A DNA stretch of 50,805 bases. Origin: a virus. Its lineage: Duplodnaviria > Caudoviricetes. Both the position numbers and the translations under genes were made by a program. How positions within the stretch are numbered: position 1 is the first letter of the stretch; the number at the start of each line of letters is the position of its first letter. Where the stretch lies: the IMG/VR virus record IMGVR_UViG_3300032243_002043, positions 1-50,805 of that record. One strand, given 5' to 3'. Below the pieces are notes generated by a model, which made no database searches, had not been told where the DNA came from, and saw only the letters and a program-made list of their open reading frames with translations. This document shows, one piece after another, positions 37,482-47,311 of this stretch.

Positions 37482-39034
37482 ATAAAATACTATATAATAA
37501 TTTAGAAATTCCTTCTCCAACCCCATATGTAACATTTGAAAGAGAGCACAAATATTTAGGGAAAAAAATTGGAAACGAAAATAAAATTATACTAAAAGGA
37601 CAATTAACCGGAAACTTTGACCAATTAATTTCTGGACAAAAAAACTTAATAAATATTTTTTCTAAAAATTTTGGTATATTTAAAATATTAGAAAATAATA
37701 GCATAATTTTCGAACAATCGGGAATTGTGATAGACGACATGTCTTTTGAAGATTCTAAATATAATGGAATTATAGACTATAATATTAATTTAGTTTCTAA
37801 GAGCATGAATTATAACGTACTTGAACCGGAAAATTCTTTTGAGTTTTCTGAAGAAGATAACAATATACTTTCTCTGACTCATGCAATTTCTGCAAAAGGA
37901 TTAAATACAAATAATTCAACGTCTAACGCTTTAGATAATGCAATTGGTTTTGTAAAAAATTTGTCTGGATTAAAAAATTTGCCTCAAACAAAATTTTTAA
38001 ATCAAAAAAATAATAATTTTTATTTAAAAAATCAATCTGAAAAAATAGATAGATTAAATAATAAATATTCAATCGAAGAAACTTATGTGAATGATTTAAG
38101 TTATTCGCAAGCAAATAATAGTATACGAAGATGTACGATTGAGATTGAATCAGGAACCAATAATGAATTCGTCTCTTTGAGATTAAATGGAGAAATAAAT
38201 GGCAGTGCAACTGGAGACATGAATTTAATCCGTTATGATTTAAATCCAATTTTTTTAATAAATGATTATATTAATCAATACAATATAAACCAAACTCCAT
38301 TATCATACAATATAGATGAAAACCCTAGCGAAAAAACCATAAAGTTTTCTTACGAATTTGACAATTGCCCTTATCCAAATCCATACGTAACATCTTCTAT
38401 ATCTTGCCAAGAAGATGTAATAGAACAAATTGTAAGAATAAATTTAAATATGAGAGTAAAAGTTAGAGGAAATTTAAATACAAGAAAAAATTTATTGAAT
38501 TCATTTTCTGTGGGCTCTTATGCTTCTGAAGCTTTTGCGACTTATCGCAATATGTTAGATAGAAATGAAATTGCTGGAAATGGCGGTTTTAGAGTTGCTA
38601 GATCTCAATCAAAAACGGATTTAAATAATTCTGAAATGATAATAGATATAGAGTATGATAATAAAAATATTTTTGGCGGGGGAATGTTTTATGATTCTAC
38701 TCTTGAAATTACGCAAGTTTTACCTCAAGCGATAGTTATTCCTGAAGCAGCGTGCAATGTTTATGGAAAATATGCATTTGTTGATTTAGGGACAGTTTCT
38801 AGCCAACGATCTCAAGTTTCTTTTAATGGAGAACTATTAGGAACTGTTTCTGAAGAAGAAGTCGCTGGCTTTCTGAGTGAATCATTATCTGTTTTTTGCT
38901 ACCCATCTAGTCGCGCTACAAAAAATATATCTATGTCTCAAGGAATAGATGGCGGCACCAGAAAAAGCGTTAGTTATTCTTGCAATTCTATAAATCCATC
39001 AGCTTCTAGTTATTTGCCTGTAATTAATTTTTAA
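37478..39034 (+). CDS. tail-tip/distal tail protein, paralog B
   Basis: Shares LKG, Y.I.(I/L), H..S, A..F and E..D..N.KYS motifs with 35838..37481. Confidence 0.55.
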   Translation: MNKILYNNLEIPSPTPYVTFEREHKYLGKKIGNENKIILKGQLTGNFDQLISGQKNLINIFSKNFGIFKILENNSIIFEQSGIVIDDMSFEDSKYNGIIDYNINLVSKSMNYNVLEPENSFEFSEEDNNILSLTHAISAKGLNTNNSTSNALDNAIGFVKNLSGLKNLPQTKFLNQKNNNFYLKNQSEKIDRLNNKYSIEETYVNDLSYSQANNSIRRCTIEIESGTNNEFVSLRLNGEINGSATGDMNLIRYDLNPIFLINDYINQYNINQTPLSYNIDENPSEKTIKFSYEFDNCPYPNPYVTSSISCQEDVIEQIVRINLNMRVKVRGNLNTRKNLLNSFSVGSYASEAFATYRNMLDRNEIAGNGGFRVARSQSKTDLNNSEMIIDIEYDNKNIFGGGMFYDSTLEITQVLPQAIVIPEAACNVYGKYAFVDLGTVSSQRSQVSFNGELLGTVSEEEVAGFLSESLSVFCYPSSRATKNISMSQGIDGGTRKSVSYSCNSINPSASSYLPVINF

Positions 39035-39035
39035 T

Positions 39036-40778
39036 ATGAATAATATATGCGATAGAATAGATTATTTTAAAAATTCATTAATTTCTAATCAATTAGATTC
39101 TGGGTATCTTTGTGGGTGCTATAATCTGAATAACCCAATAAGTGGAATTATAGCTCAAAATTATCTTTATGATTTACAGAATCAATATTATATATCTGGC
39201 AATTCTTTTTATCTTAACGAAGACTTAAATGTAGGTGTATTATCTTATTCTGGCCAAGAAAAATTTGATGAAACCAGAAGTTTTAAAATTTTAAATAATT
39301 TAACTGGAGAAAAATTTTCATTATTTTTAGATTTTGACTTAATCGATGATAATAGAAATTTGCCAAGAGAATTTTTCGTTTTGAAATCAAATAATTCCTT
39401 TTCTAATAATAATTTTACATTAAGTTTTGAAATAAATAAATATAACGATCTATTTTTAAAATATAACTCATCTATCGATGGAATTTCATACAGCGCCATA
39501 AATAAAAGCAATTTCTCTTTAGATTCAAGTAATCTTTTAGGAATTAATGTTTCTAATTCAAAAGTTTTCTTAAGTAAATTTAATTTTTACGCTGATGAAA
39601 TTTTAATTGAAAATTATGATTTAAATCTAAGCGGAAAAAAAGATATATCTTTCGGAAAATTTAGTGGAGTAGGATTTAGTGGAAATTTAAATAATATTTT
39701 ACTGTATAAAGATTTATTTGATTTAAATTATAATCGAGAAATATTCAAAACTTTTTTAAAAACTGGTGAAAGAGAAGAGCTGAAAAATATAATTTCGAAT
39801 GTTACAACCGGAAAAATAAGTGGATATTTAAATCCAACTGGAATTTTGGGCACAGGAATAACCGGTTATTCCATATATTACAATAATTCAATTATTAATA
39901 ATAATTTAAATTTAAATCTTAAAAGTTTTTCTTCTTCCGGAATAACAGGTTTTTTAACGGGAGAAAAAATAGAATATAGCGGAGACACGTCTAATTTATC
40001 TACTACTCAAAAATATATATATAATATATATGACCTGGATGAATCGAAAAAATACATAAAAAATAATATTTTGTTCACTAATCCTGAAATAGATGATTTA
40101 GATTTTGTAGAAGTTCAAATTTATCCAAGTTTTTCTAATCTAGAAAAAGCAATTTTAATTGGTACTGGTCTATTTTCGCTAAATAAAACATCAGACAGGA
40201 ATAGCATATATGTAAATGGAATGTATTCAAATTATAATTTATCTAACAATTTAGGATATTTAAGCGGAATAGAATCGCTTGATGCCTCTGATTCTTTGTA
40301 TAATTTAAAAATATTTAATAATTTCAAAAAATTAAATAATTATCATATAATATATAATACCCAAAATTATCAAAATATCGGGAATTGGACGCTTTTGCCT
40401 ACTGATATAAACCTAACTGGCAGATATAATATATATTTAAATGGTATAAAATTAACCTCGGATTTGGATTATAAAATACAATATTCAAATTTTAATAACA
40501 AAAATCAACTTTATATTGATGTAAATCAAGACTTTGGAGACATTAACATAGCGGAAGATAACTTCTTACATGTTGTAACGGGTTTATTTGTAAATATAAA
40601 AAATAATATCAATAATATTACAGGAAGAAAAATCATTTTTATAAATGGAATTCTTCAAAATTTAAATGAAGATTATATGGAATATTCACATAAAAATGTA
40701 GGAGAAATATTTTATACTCAACCTAATACAGATATAATTAAAATATTTGAAAATGAATATTCTAGATTTAATAAATAA
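39036..40778 (+). CDS. tail protein with LamG/concanavalin-like N-terminal domain
   Basis: FSGNLNNILLY is a LamG-like motif. The C-terminus has IYVNG / IYLNG / IFING repeats. Confidence 0.5.
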   Translation: MNNICDRIDYFKNSLISNQLDSGYLCGCYNLNNPISGIIAQNYLYDLQNQYYISGNSFYLNEDLNVGVLSYSGQEKFDETRSFKILNNLTGEKFSLFLDFDLIDDNRNLPREFFVLKSNNSFSNNNFTLSFEINKYNDLFLKYNSSIDGISYSAINKSNFSLDSSNLLGINVSNSKVFLSKFNFYADEILIENYDLNLSGKKDISFGKFSGVGFSGNLNNILLYKDLFDLNYNREIFKTFLKTGEREELKNIISNVTTGKISGYLNPTGILGTGITGYSIYYNNSIINNNLNLNLKSFSSSGITGFLTGEKIEYSGDTSNLSTTQKYIYNIYDLDESKKYIKNNILFTNPEIDDLDFVEVQIYPSFSNLEKAILIGTGLFSLNKTSDRNSIYVNGMYSNYNLSNNLGYLSGIESLDASDSLYNLKIFNNFKKLNNYHIIYNTQNYQNIGNWTLLPTDINLTGRYNIYLNGIKLTSDLDYKIQYSNFNNKNQLYIDVNQDFGDINIAEDNFLHVVTGLFVNIKNNINNITGRKIIFINGILQNLNEDYMEYSHKNVGEIFYTQPNTDIIKIFENEYSRFNK

Positions 40779-40788
40779 AATATTTAAT

Positions 40789-40815
40789 GTGTAATACCCT
40801 ATAAGGAGCAAGGAG
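40789..40815 (+). promoter_or_regulatory. GTGTAAT element with doubled AAGGAG leader
   Basis: GTGTAAT-ACCCTAT-AAGGAGCAAGGAG-TT-ATG. Confidence 0.65.
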
Positions 40816-40817
40816 TT

Positions 40818-43016
40818 ATGGCTTTAATAAAAATACCAAATGTTTCGGTCCCAGGAGGAGGAGACGTCTACAGTCTCTCTATAAATCAAGGCTATACTGA
40901 ATCTCCAAGTACAATTGATTTATCTATTTTAAATGGTGAAGGAGCTGCTATAGGATTAAGTTCTATGCAAACTATTCAAGTCGGAGATTTATTGTTCAAT
41001 GGTTATTGCTTTTCTAAAGAAACAGAGCAAAAAGTAGGAGAAAAAGTAGTTCATTTAAAATTTTGTGATGGGTCGGTTTTATTAGATCAAATACAAGTCG
41101 GTCTAGTACAGCGCCATTATGGAGTAGGCAATCAAAAAGAAATATCTGTAACCGGAAAATTCAGATGCCCAAATTGCGAAGGAAGTCTTGATACAGTATA
41201 CAGTAGTATAAAGAAAAAAGTAAGAGTTGGAAATATAAAAGTAGACAGCGTCTATATTATGGGTAATGAAGAACCTCAACATTCTCAGTGCGATTTCCCA
41301 GACGTAAATTATACATTTAGCGATTTAATTACTCTGATGCGATCAGATATGAGCATTACTTTCTTAGGTGGAGCCCAAGAGAATGGTCAATACAGAAATA
41401 AATTTGTTGGATCATTAAGAGAAGTTCTTTCTAATTGGTGCGCGGAATTTGGATATAGTTTTTATTGGGATTTTGTAAAAAATACATTAATAATATATAA
41501 TTTATCAAATGGAATAAATATAGGCACAGTTTATGAGACTATAAAAAATTTACCAGAAATTTATGTAAAATCTTACAAAGAAAAAAGAGATCTTTCTTCT
41601 ACTATTTCCCATGGTGTAGCAGTAATGAAACAAATGCCAGATGAGACTTATCAATCTCAACCAGTAAGAAATTTTATTGGAATTTATTATTCTCATTTTC
41701 CTGTAAGCTGTGGAGGGGATATAAACGCTGGGGCAATTTCAAAAACATTTGGAACATCAGCTAGGAAGGTATATTTAATACAAAACGGACTTTGGGGAAG
41801 AGCGGGATTTTTTAATTTACGTTCAGTTGTTTATAGTACTAAACCTTCAGATCCTGGCCCTTGCAACGAAAAATATGGAATTCCTACCGTTTGTGATGCG
41901 TTAAAAGGAAATTACTATTTTTACGTAGGAGATTATAGCGAAAATGCGGCCTCGCAGTATGAAGAATTAGATGTATGCGAAGCAGAAAATTATGGCAAAT
42001 ATTTTAAAGGTCCATTTGTTCAAGCAGGAAGATGGGTTTTTAGAGGAAATTTGAATAATGCAATAAATGGAGAGGCATCAGTAGGGGCCTGCAAGGATGG
42101 TAAAAAAGAAAGTGTAGAAAATAAAGTAGAGCCATCTCCCAGTTTCCTAACTACTCCAAAAGGAGTAATTAAAGGAATTAGTATATCTCAAGAATGGCAA
42201 TCATTTAATTTTCAAGCTGCAGATATATTTGCTTATAAAATAGAAGGGCAGTCAATTGCTACTTTTGGAGAGAACGATAGTGGTCTTACTTTGTTTGGTA
42301 TTCCAAAAGACTATTTTAAGTCATCCAATACTTTTCGCGTTGGACTTGAACCAGGAACAACGAACAATCATTTAGGAGAAATAATCCAAGATGTTTCAGT
42401 CACTGAAAACCCAACTGAAGATACTTGCGGAGATTGCCAAAACTCTTCTAAGAATGCTGAAAGTAAAACTTGTGGAGATTTAAAATGCGACCCTGGTCTA
42501 TGGGTAAGAAAGATAGGTTGGTTTGATGGATTCCCTCGATATATATATGTAAAAGTCGGAAACGGGGGAGCAAGAGGGCCTACTATTGGTAATTATGTAG
42601 GGTTTATTGAGCAATCAGCATCTCATACTACTAGTGCAGATAAAACAGAGAAGTATAATTTATATCCACCTCCAAATTCTCGGAATGTCATGAATACAGA
42701 TTTAACTTTGGTCGATGCTAATAATGATAATTCAATGGATTTACCTTATGTCCCTCCGGCTTATTCTGACGTTAATGGAAGACAAGAAAACGTAATAGAA
42801 TTTGTAGGAACTTTGCCTGTTAGTTTACAAGCAGAATTGAATCCAACAAATGGAGTAGAAAGTTATCAAATAAATTATAGCTCAGAAGGCATGAGAACTA
42901 TCATAACATTTGGAACAAAAGGCAGGAAATTTCCTAAGGCGGCTGGAGTTTTATCTGAAACCATTTCTTCTAGAGGAAATTATACGATTCCTAAATTAGC
43001 CATATCCCAATTATGA
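40818..43016 (+). CDS. putative tail hub/central tip protein, Cys-rich
   Basis: GSLREVLSNWCAEFGYSFYWD resembles a baseplate-hub segment. Position in the tail-tip cluster; many Cys including CPNC and CGDC. Confidence 0.55.
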   Translation: MALIKIPNVSVPGGGDVYSLSINQGYTESPSTIDLSILNGEGAAIGLSSMQTIQVGDLLFNGYCFSKETEQKVGEKVVHLKFCDGSVLLDQIQVGLVQRHYGVGNQKEISVTGKFRCPNCEGSLDTVYSSIKKKVRVGNIKVDSVYIMGNEEPQHSQCDFPDVNYTFSDLITLMRSDMSITFLGGAQENGQYRNKFVGSLREVLSNWCAEFGYSFYWDFVKNTLIIYNLSNGINIGTVYETIKNLPEIYVKSYKEKRDLSSTISHGVAVMKQMPDETYQSQPVRNFIGIYYSHFPVSCGGDINAGAISKTFGTSARKVYLIQNGLWGRAGFFNLRSVVYSTKPSDPGPCNEKYGIPTVCDALKGNYYFYVGDYSENAASQYEELDVCEAENYGKYFKGPFVQAGRWVFRGNLNNAINGEASVGACKDGKKESVENKVEPSPSFLTTPKGVIKGISISQEWQSFNFQAADIFAYKIEGQSIATFGENDSGLTLFGIPKDYFKSSNTFRVGLEPGTTNNHLGEIIQDVSVTENPTEDTCGDCQNSSKNAESKTCGDLKCDPGLWVRKIGWFDGFPRYIYVKVGNGGARGPTIGNYVGFIEQSASHTTSADKTEKYNLYPPPNSRNVMNTDLTLVDANNDNSMDLPYVPPAYSDVNGRQENVIEFVGTLPVSLQAELNPTNGVESYQINYSSEGMRTIITFGTKGRKFPKAAGVLSETISSRGNYTIPKLAISQL

Positions 43017-46000
43017 CAACAACTGGTTTAAATTATTTAAATTTTCCAACTGGGAAAAACATAACATATTTTTTTGAACCTTTTTCCGAAATAGATAAAA
43101 ATTATATCTTGAGTATTGAAGGGGATAAAAAATTTGAATTAAAATTTTCTGGAAATTATATCTATGATTATGATAATAACTTAATTGATTATTTTCGTGC
43201 AAGTAAAAAAATACAATTTAGCGGAAATTTTTATGATGGTCAATATTATGATTTATTTTATAACGGAAATCCATTAGCTTTAAAAAAACAAGCAAGTTAT
43301 AATTATATTGAGAAGATAAGCGTCAATTCATTTTTGAATCAATTAGATTATTCATTAGTTTTAAAAATAAAAAAACCAAATATCCAAATATCTTTACCAC
43401 AGAAATATTTAAATAATTCAATAATAACAGGAAATATTTTTGTTGATAATAATAGTTTTAAAATTTATTCAGGCAGTATATCTGATATAACGCCTAATAC
43501 ATATCCTCAAGAATTTGAATTATTTAATTTAAATCAATCTAATAATTATATTTATATAAATACTACTGGAGTAACTCAACGAGATGAATTTAAAACATAT
43601 AATTTAAATTTAAGTTTAGATACAAATATTGGCGAATTAACACAGCAAATAACGTTAACTGGGGAAAATTCTCCATTAAGTCAAGATATATACATAAGTA
43701 AATTATCAGAAATACAAGCGATTGATCAATTGTCTTCTGGAGAAGTAATTTATATAATATATAGTAATTTTTTATCAGGCAGTAGCCTTACCGAAAAAAA
43801 TATAAATATATCTTTTTCTTATTACTCTGGATTTACAGGAAATAAGATAACGAATATAATCGGTACCGGCGACCATTATATAACATATACTGGAAATATA
43901 TCTGGAACAGGACTTTTGTATACAAATCCAAATACTCTATATTCTGCTACTGGTTATGATCAAATTAATTTAACTAATTTAACAGGAAATATTAGTTATA
44001 ATGATACGGATTATTACGAACATACGGGAGGGTTCCAAAATTCATTTAATATATTAGGCACTGGTCTTGTTAATAAAACTCTAAAATTAGAAAAAAATAT
44101 ATTTGCTACTGGCAGTACCATAGAATCTGCAATTGGATCTGGAATTTTAAATGGTTCGGGTTTTTTAAGTGGCATTAAAAATAATTTAACTTCAATTGGA
44201 AAGTCTGATCATTTGGTGTCTAAATCTATGTTTTTCCCAATTTTAAAAACTCCTGCAATATCAATCGTAGATGTTTCAGGAAAAGTTGGTACAGGGTATA
44301 TCGAAGAATATAATTATTTTACAGGAATAAATGACAATTCGATTGTAGGAAGTTATAGTAGCACGGGTTTTTTAACTGGGAAAAATGAAACATTTTATAT
44401 TTATAGTGGGAATAATATATCTGGAAATTTTACAGGAAATTTAAGCGGAAGTGGATATTTGACGGTTGTTCCTAACTTTAATTCTCCATTTCAAAACTTT
44501 ACTGGGTATTTATCTGGAGACCTAAGCAATCGATCAATAAGCATTTCTTTGCCATTTTCAGGAGGTTATGTATACGATTATTTTACCGGATATAATGATA
44601 AAGAAATAACTTTAAATATAATTGGCAGCGCACTAGGATATGATTCTTTAAATTCTGGGGCGCCAGTGGTGGCAACTGTAACTGGCTATAAAACTTTTAA
44701 AACCGGAATAAATTTTGAATCTATTCATTCTGGCTCTAGATATTTAGTAATTAATGATAATTTTATAAATCAAGACTCCGTAAGCCTTGCGAAATATGAG
44801 TTAAATAATTTTTCGGATGCAGGACTTTCAAGTTCGCGTTATATTTCTAATATATTTTCGAATAAATTAAAAACTGTTTTAATGAATACTAGTTTTTATG
44901 CTTATCAAAATGGATTACAAAATTTTGTAGATATATATACGGGATTTAATAATAATTGGACAAAGATATGGAGCATTAATACTGGTTGGGCTGGGCCAGT
45001 TTACTTTATATCTCCACAATTGGATCCGAAAGTTTTTGGCGCAAAAATTACTTCTGATTATAGCGGTAATAATATTATCATTGGCTGCGATAGATGTGAT
45101 GATCAATATCCTTCTTCTTTATATCAAGGACAAGTTTTTACTTATACTAGAAATAATAATCAAATTATTACTGGATCAAAAATAACTTTATCTAGTCCTT
45201 ATAATTCTTATAAAAGCAAATCGAGATTTGGATATGATGTCGATATTAATAATTCTGGAAATTTAATGATAGTCGGTGCGCCTTATTATAGATATTGTAT
45301 TGGATTAAATAATTCTTTAATTTTTGATTGCAACGAAACAAGTGTTCATCCTTATGATCTAGGAGCAGCTTTTTTGTATAGAAAAGAGGCAAACGGAACA
45401 TGGTCTTTAGAAACTAGTTTGCATCCATCAGGTTTTAGTAATTTAAATTATTCTGCTAATTTTGGGACATCTGTGGCTATAAATAATTCTGGTAATCTGG
45501 TCGCAATAACTTCTTTAAACGAAAATGGTGACAATAGTGGATCTTTATATGTATATGAGAAAAATCAAAATACTTGGCAGTTATCGCATAAAATCTCTGG
45601 TATCCGTTGCGGTGGAAAAAAAGTAGAATTTAGCAAAGAATCTAATATTTTAGCGTTTCAAAGCGGAATTCCTAAAGAATGGAATCAAAAATGGGCTTAT
45701 GTTAATGATGGAATATCTCCAATTGATTCCATAGCAATCATAGAAAATCAAAATGGAATTTGGAAAACTTTAAATACAATTTTTACTGGAGATAGTAGTT
45801 CTATAAATAATTTTACAATAACAAGTTCTCAAAAATTAGTGATTCTTCATTCTGGTCAAAGAAAAGACCCCACAAATTCTCCGATAACTAATTCCCTTAA
45901 TCTTTCAGGTCCTTTCGGGCCAGGACTTTATAGAGCTGATGGATCTCTTGGGTTTTTTGTAGATTTTTATAGTATTCCCGGAAGGAGATATGAATTGCAG

Positions 46001-47308
46001 GGCAAAACAAATCTTTCTGACCCTTATGCTTTATGGCATAGTTCTGCGATTATAAATTCTGCTACTGGATTTTTTAGTTCTTTTTATATACCTGGAAATG
46101 CTACATCTCCTGCTCCATATTGGAAAGTATATAATTCATATGAGGAAACAAATCCAAAATTTTTAATTTACGATATTAGCGGAAATTATCAAGCAGAAAT
46201 AACTGGAAATTTTAATACTATCGATGATAAAGACTCATTCTTTGTGTCAAATGATTTAACAAATTTAATATTATCTTCGTCTTCCAAATTGACTGGAATT
46301 AAAAATTTAAAAGCTAATTTTTCACATTTAAATTTAAAATCTACAAGTCTTGCTTACAGCAAAATTACTGATTGGACTCCAATTTCAAATTTTGCAAATT
46401 TGCCAAATACTTACACATTAATTGGTACTGGTAATATTTCAAAAAATATAACAAAAAATTTATCTAATTTATCAATTGGAAACAAAGAGTTATTAAAAGT
46501 ATTTAGCGGGAATAATGTAAATCAAACAAAAATACAAGAAATAGAAAGCAAAATGTTTACGGGTATTTGGTCTGGGATAGGCAGCTCAAATAAAATTAAT
46601 AAAAATCTTACTTATAATTTCATTGATAGTGGTAAAAAAAATATTAATAATGAAATACAATATTCTAATCCTTATATTTTTTATCCATTAAATACATTAG
46701 ATATATCTGGATATTCATCAGAAATAAAAACTTATGGTCAATTTAGTGGTATTTTTTCTGGAGATGTTATGGGGACTGGTTATATGCAAAAACAAATTTC
46801 TGGAATGTCTACAGGATTTTTTGGAAGCGGAGAGTACGTAACTGGTTTAGATTTCACTAGTGGGTTATTTGCCGCTCAAATATCAGGAACAGCTTTGAAT
46901 GGATATTATTATAATAATCTAAATTTGACTGGTTTTGATCAAAATTTTCAAACTTTAACTGGATTTAAAAATGAATTTATAGTGACTGGTTCAGTCACTA
47001 AAATAAAACAATTAAAAATTACTGGATTCCTACCAACGTTTTTGACTTATGTTAAAACATTTAAAAATAGTTTTACAGATATTTTTACAGGATATACTTA
47101 CCATAATATGGAAAATTCTTTGTTTTATAATAATATAAATTATACCGGTAATTTATATAACCTAACTGGCGATTCTACGCTTTTTTTGAAAATAAAGAAA
47201 CAAAAATTATATGATGATGATCAAATTTCTGGAGTATTTAATATTAAAATTTATAATCCTACTAATGAATTAAATTTTGTTACTGGAGCGATATATGAGT
47301 ATGTATAA
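43013..47308 (+). CDS. large tail fibre/adhesin with FG-GAP beta-propeller
   Basis: FGAKITSDYSGNNIIIG, FGYDVDINNSGNLMIVGAP and FGTSVAINNSGNLVAI repeats, flanked by S/T-G-rich regions. Confidence 0.7.
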   Translation: MTTTGLNYLNFPTGKNITYFFEPFSEIDKNYILSIEGDKKFELKFSGNYIYDYDNNLIDYFRASKKIQFSGNFYDGQYYDLFYNGNPLALKKQASYNYIEKISVNSFLNQLDYSLVLKIKKPNIQISLPQKYLNNSIITGNIFVDNNSFKIYSGSISDITPNTYPQEFELFNLNQSNNYIYINTTGVTQRDEFKTYNLNLSLDTNIGELTQQITLTGENSPLSQDIYISKLSEIQAIDQLSSGEVIYIIYSNFLSGSSLTEKNINISFSYYSGFTGNKITNIIGTGDHYITYTGNISGTGLLYTNPNTLYSATGYDQINLTNLTGNISYNDTDYYEHTGGFQNSFNILGTGLVNKTLKLEKNIFATGSTIESAIGSGILNGSGFLSGIKNNLTSIGKSDHLVSKSMFFPILKTPAISIVDVSGKVGTGYIEEYNYFTGINDNSIVGSYSSTGFLTGKNETFYIYSGNNISGNFTGNLSGSGYLTVVPNFNSPFQNFTGYLSGDLSNRSISISLPFSGGYVYDYFTGYNDKEITLNIIGSALGYDSLNSGAPVVATVTGYKTFKTGINFESIHSGSRYLVINDNFINQDSVSLAKYELNNFSDAGLSSSRYISNIFSNKLKTVLMNTSFYAYQNGLQNFVDIYTGFNNNWTKIWSINTGWAGPVYFISPQLDPKVFGAKITSDYSGNNIIIGCDRCDDQYPSSLYQGQVFTYTRNNNQIITGSKITLSSPYNSYKSKSRFGYDVDINNSGNLMIVGAPYYRYCIGLNNSLIFDCNETSVHPYDLGAAFLYRKEANGTWSLETSLHPSGFSNLNYSANFGTSVAINNSGNLVAITSLNENGDNSGSLYVYEKNQNTWQLSHKISGIRCGGKKVEFSKESNILAFQSGIPKEWNQKWAYVNDGISPIDSIAIIENQNGIWKTLNTIFTGDSSSINNFTITSSQKLVILHSGQRKDPTNSPITNSLNLSGPFGPGLYRADGSLGFFVDFYSIPGRRYELQGKTNLSDPYALWHSSAIINSATGFFSSFYIPGNATSPAPYWKVYNSYEETNPKFLIYDISGNYQAEITGNFNTIDDKDSFFVSNDLTNLILSSSSKLTGIKNLKANFSHLNLKSTSLAYSKITDWTPISNFANLPNTYTLIGTGNISKNITKNLSNLSIGNKELLKVFSGNNVNQTKIQEIESKMFTGIWSGIGSSNKINKNLTYNFIDSGKKNINNEIQYSNPYIFYPLNTLDISGYSSEIKTYGQFSGIFSGDVMGTGYMQKQISGMSTGFFGSGEYVTGLDFTSGLFAAQISGTALNGYYYNNLNLTGFDQNFQTLTGFKNEFIVTGSVTKIKQLKITGFLPTFLTYVKTFKNSFTDIFTGYTYHNMENSLFYNNINYTGNLYNLTGDSTLFLKIKKQKLYDDDQISGVFNIKIYNPTNELNFVTGAIYEYV

Positions 47309-47311
47309 AAA

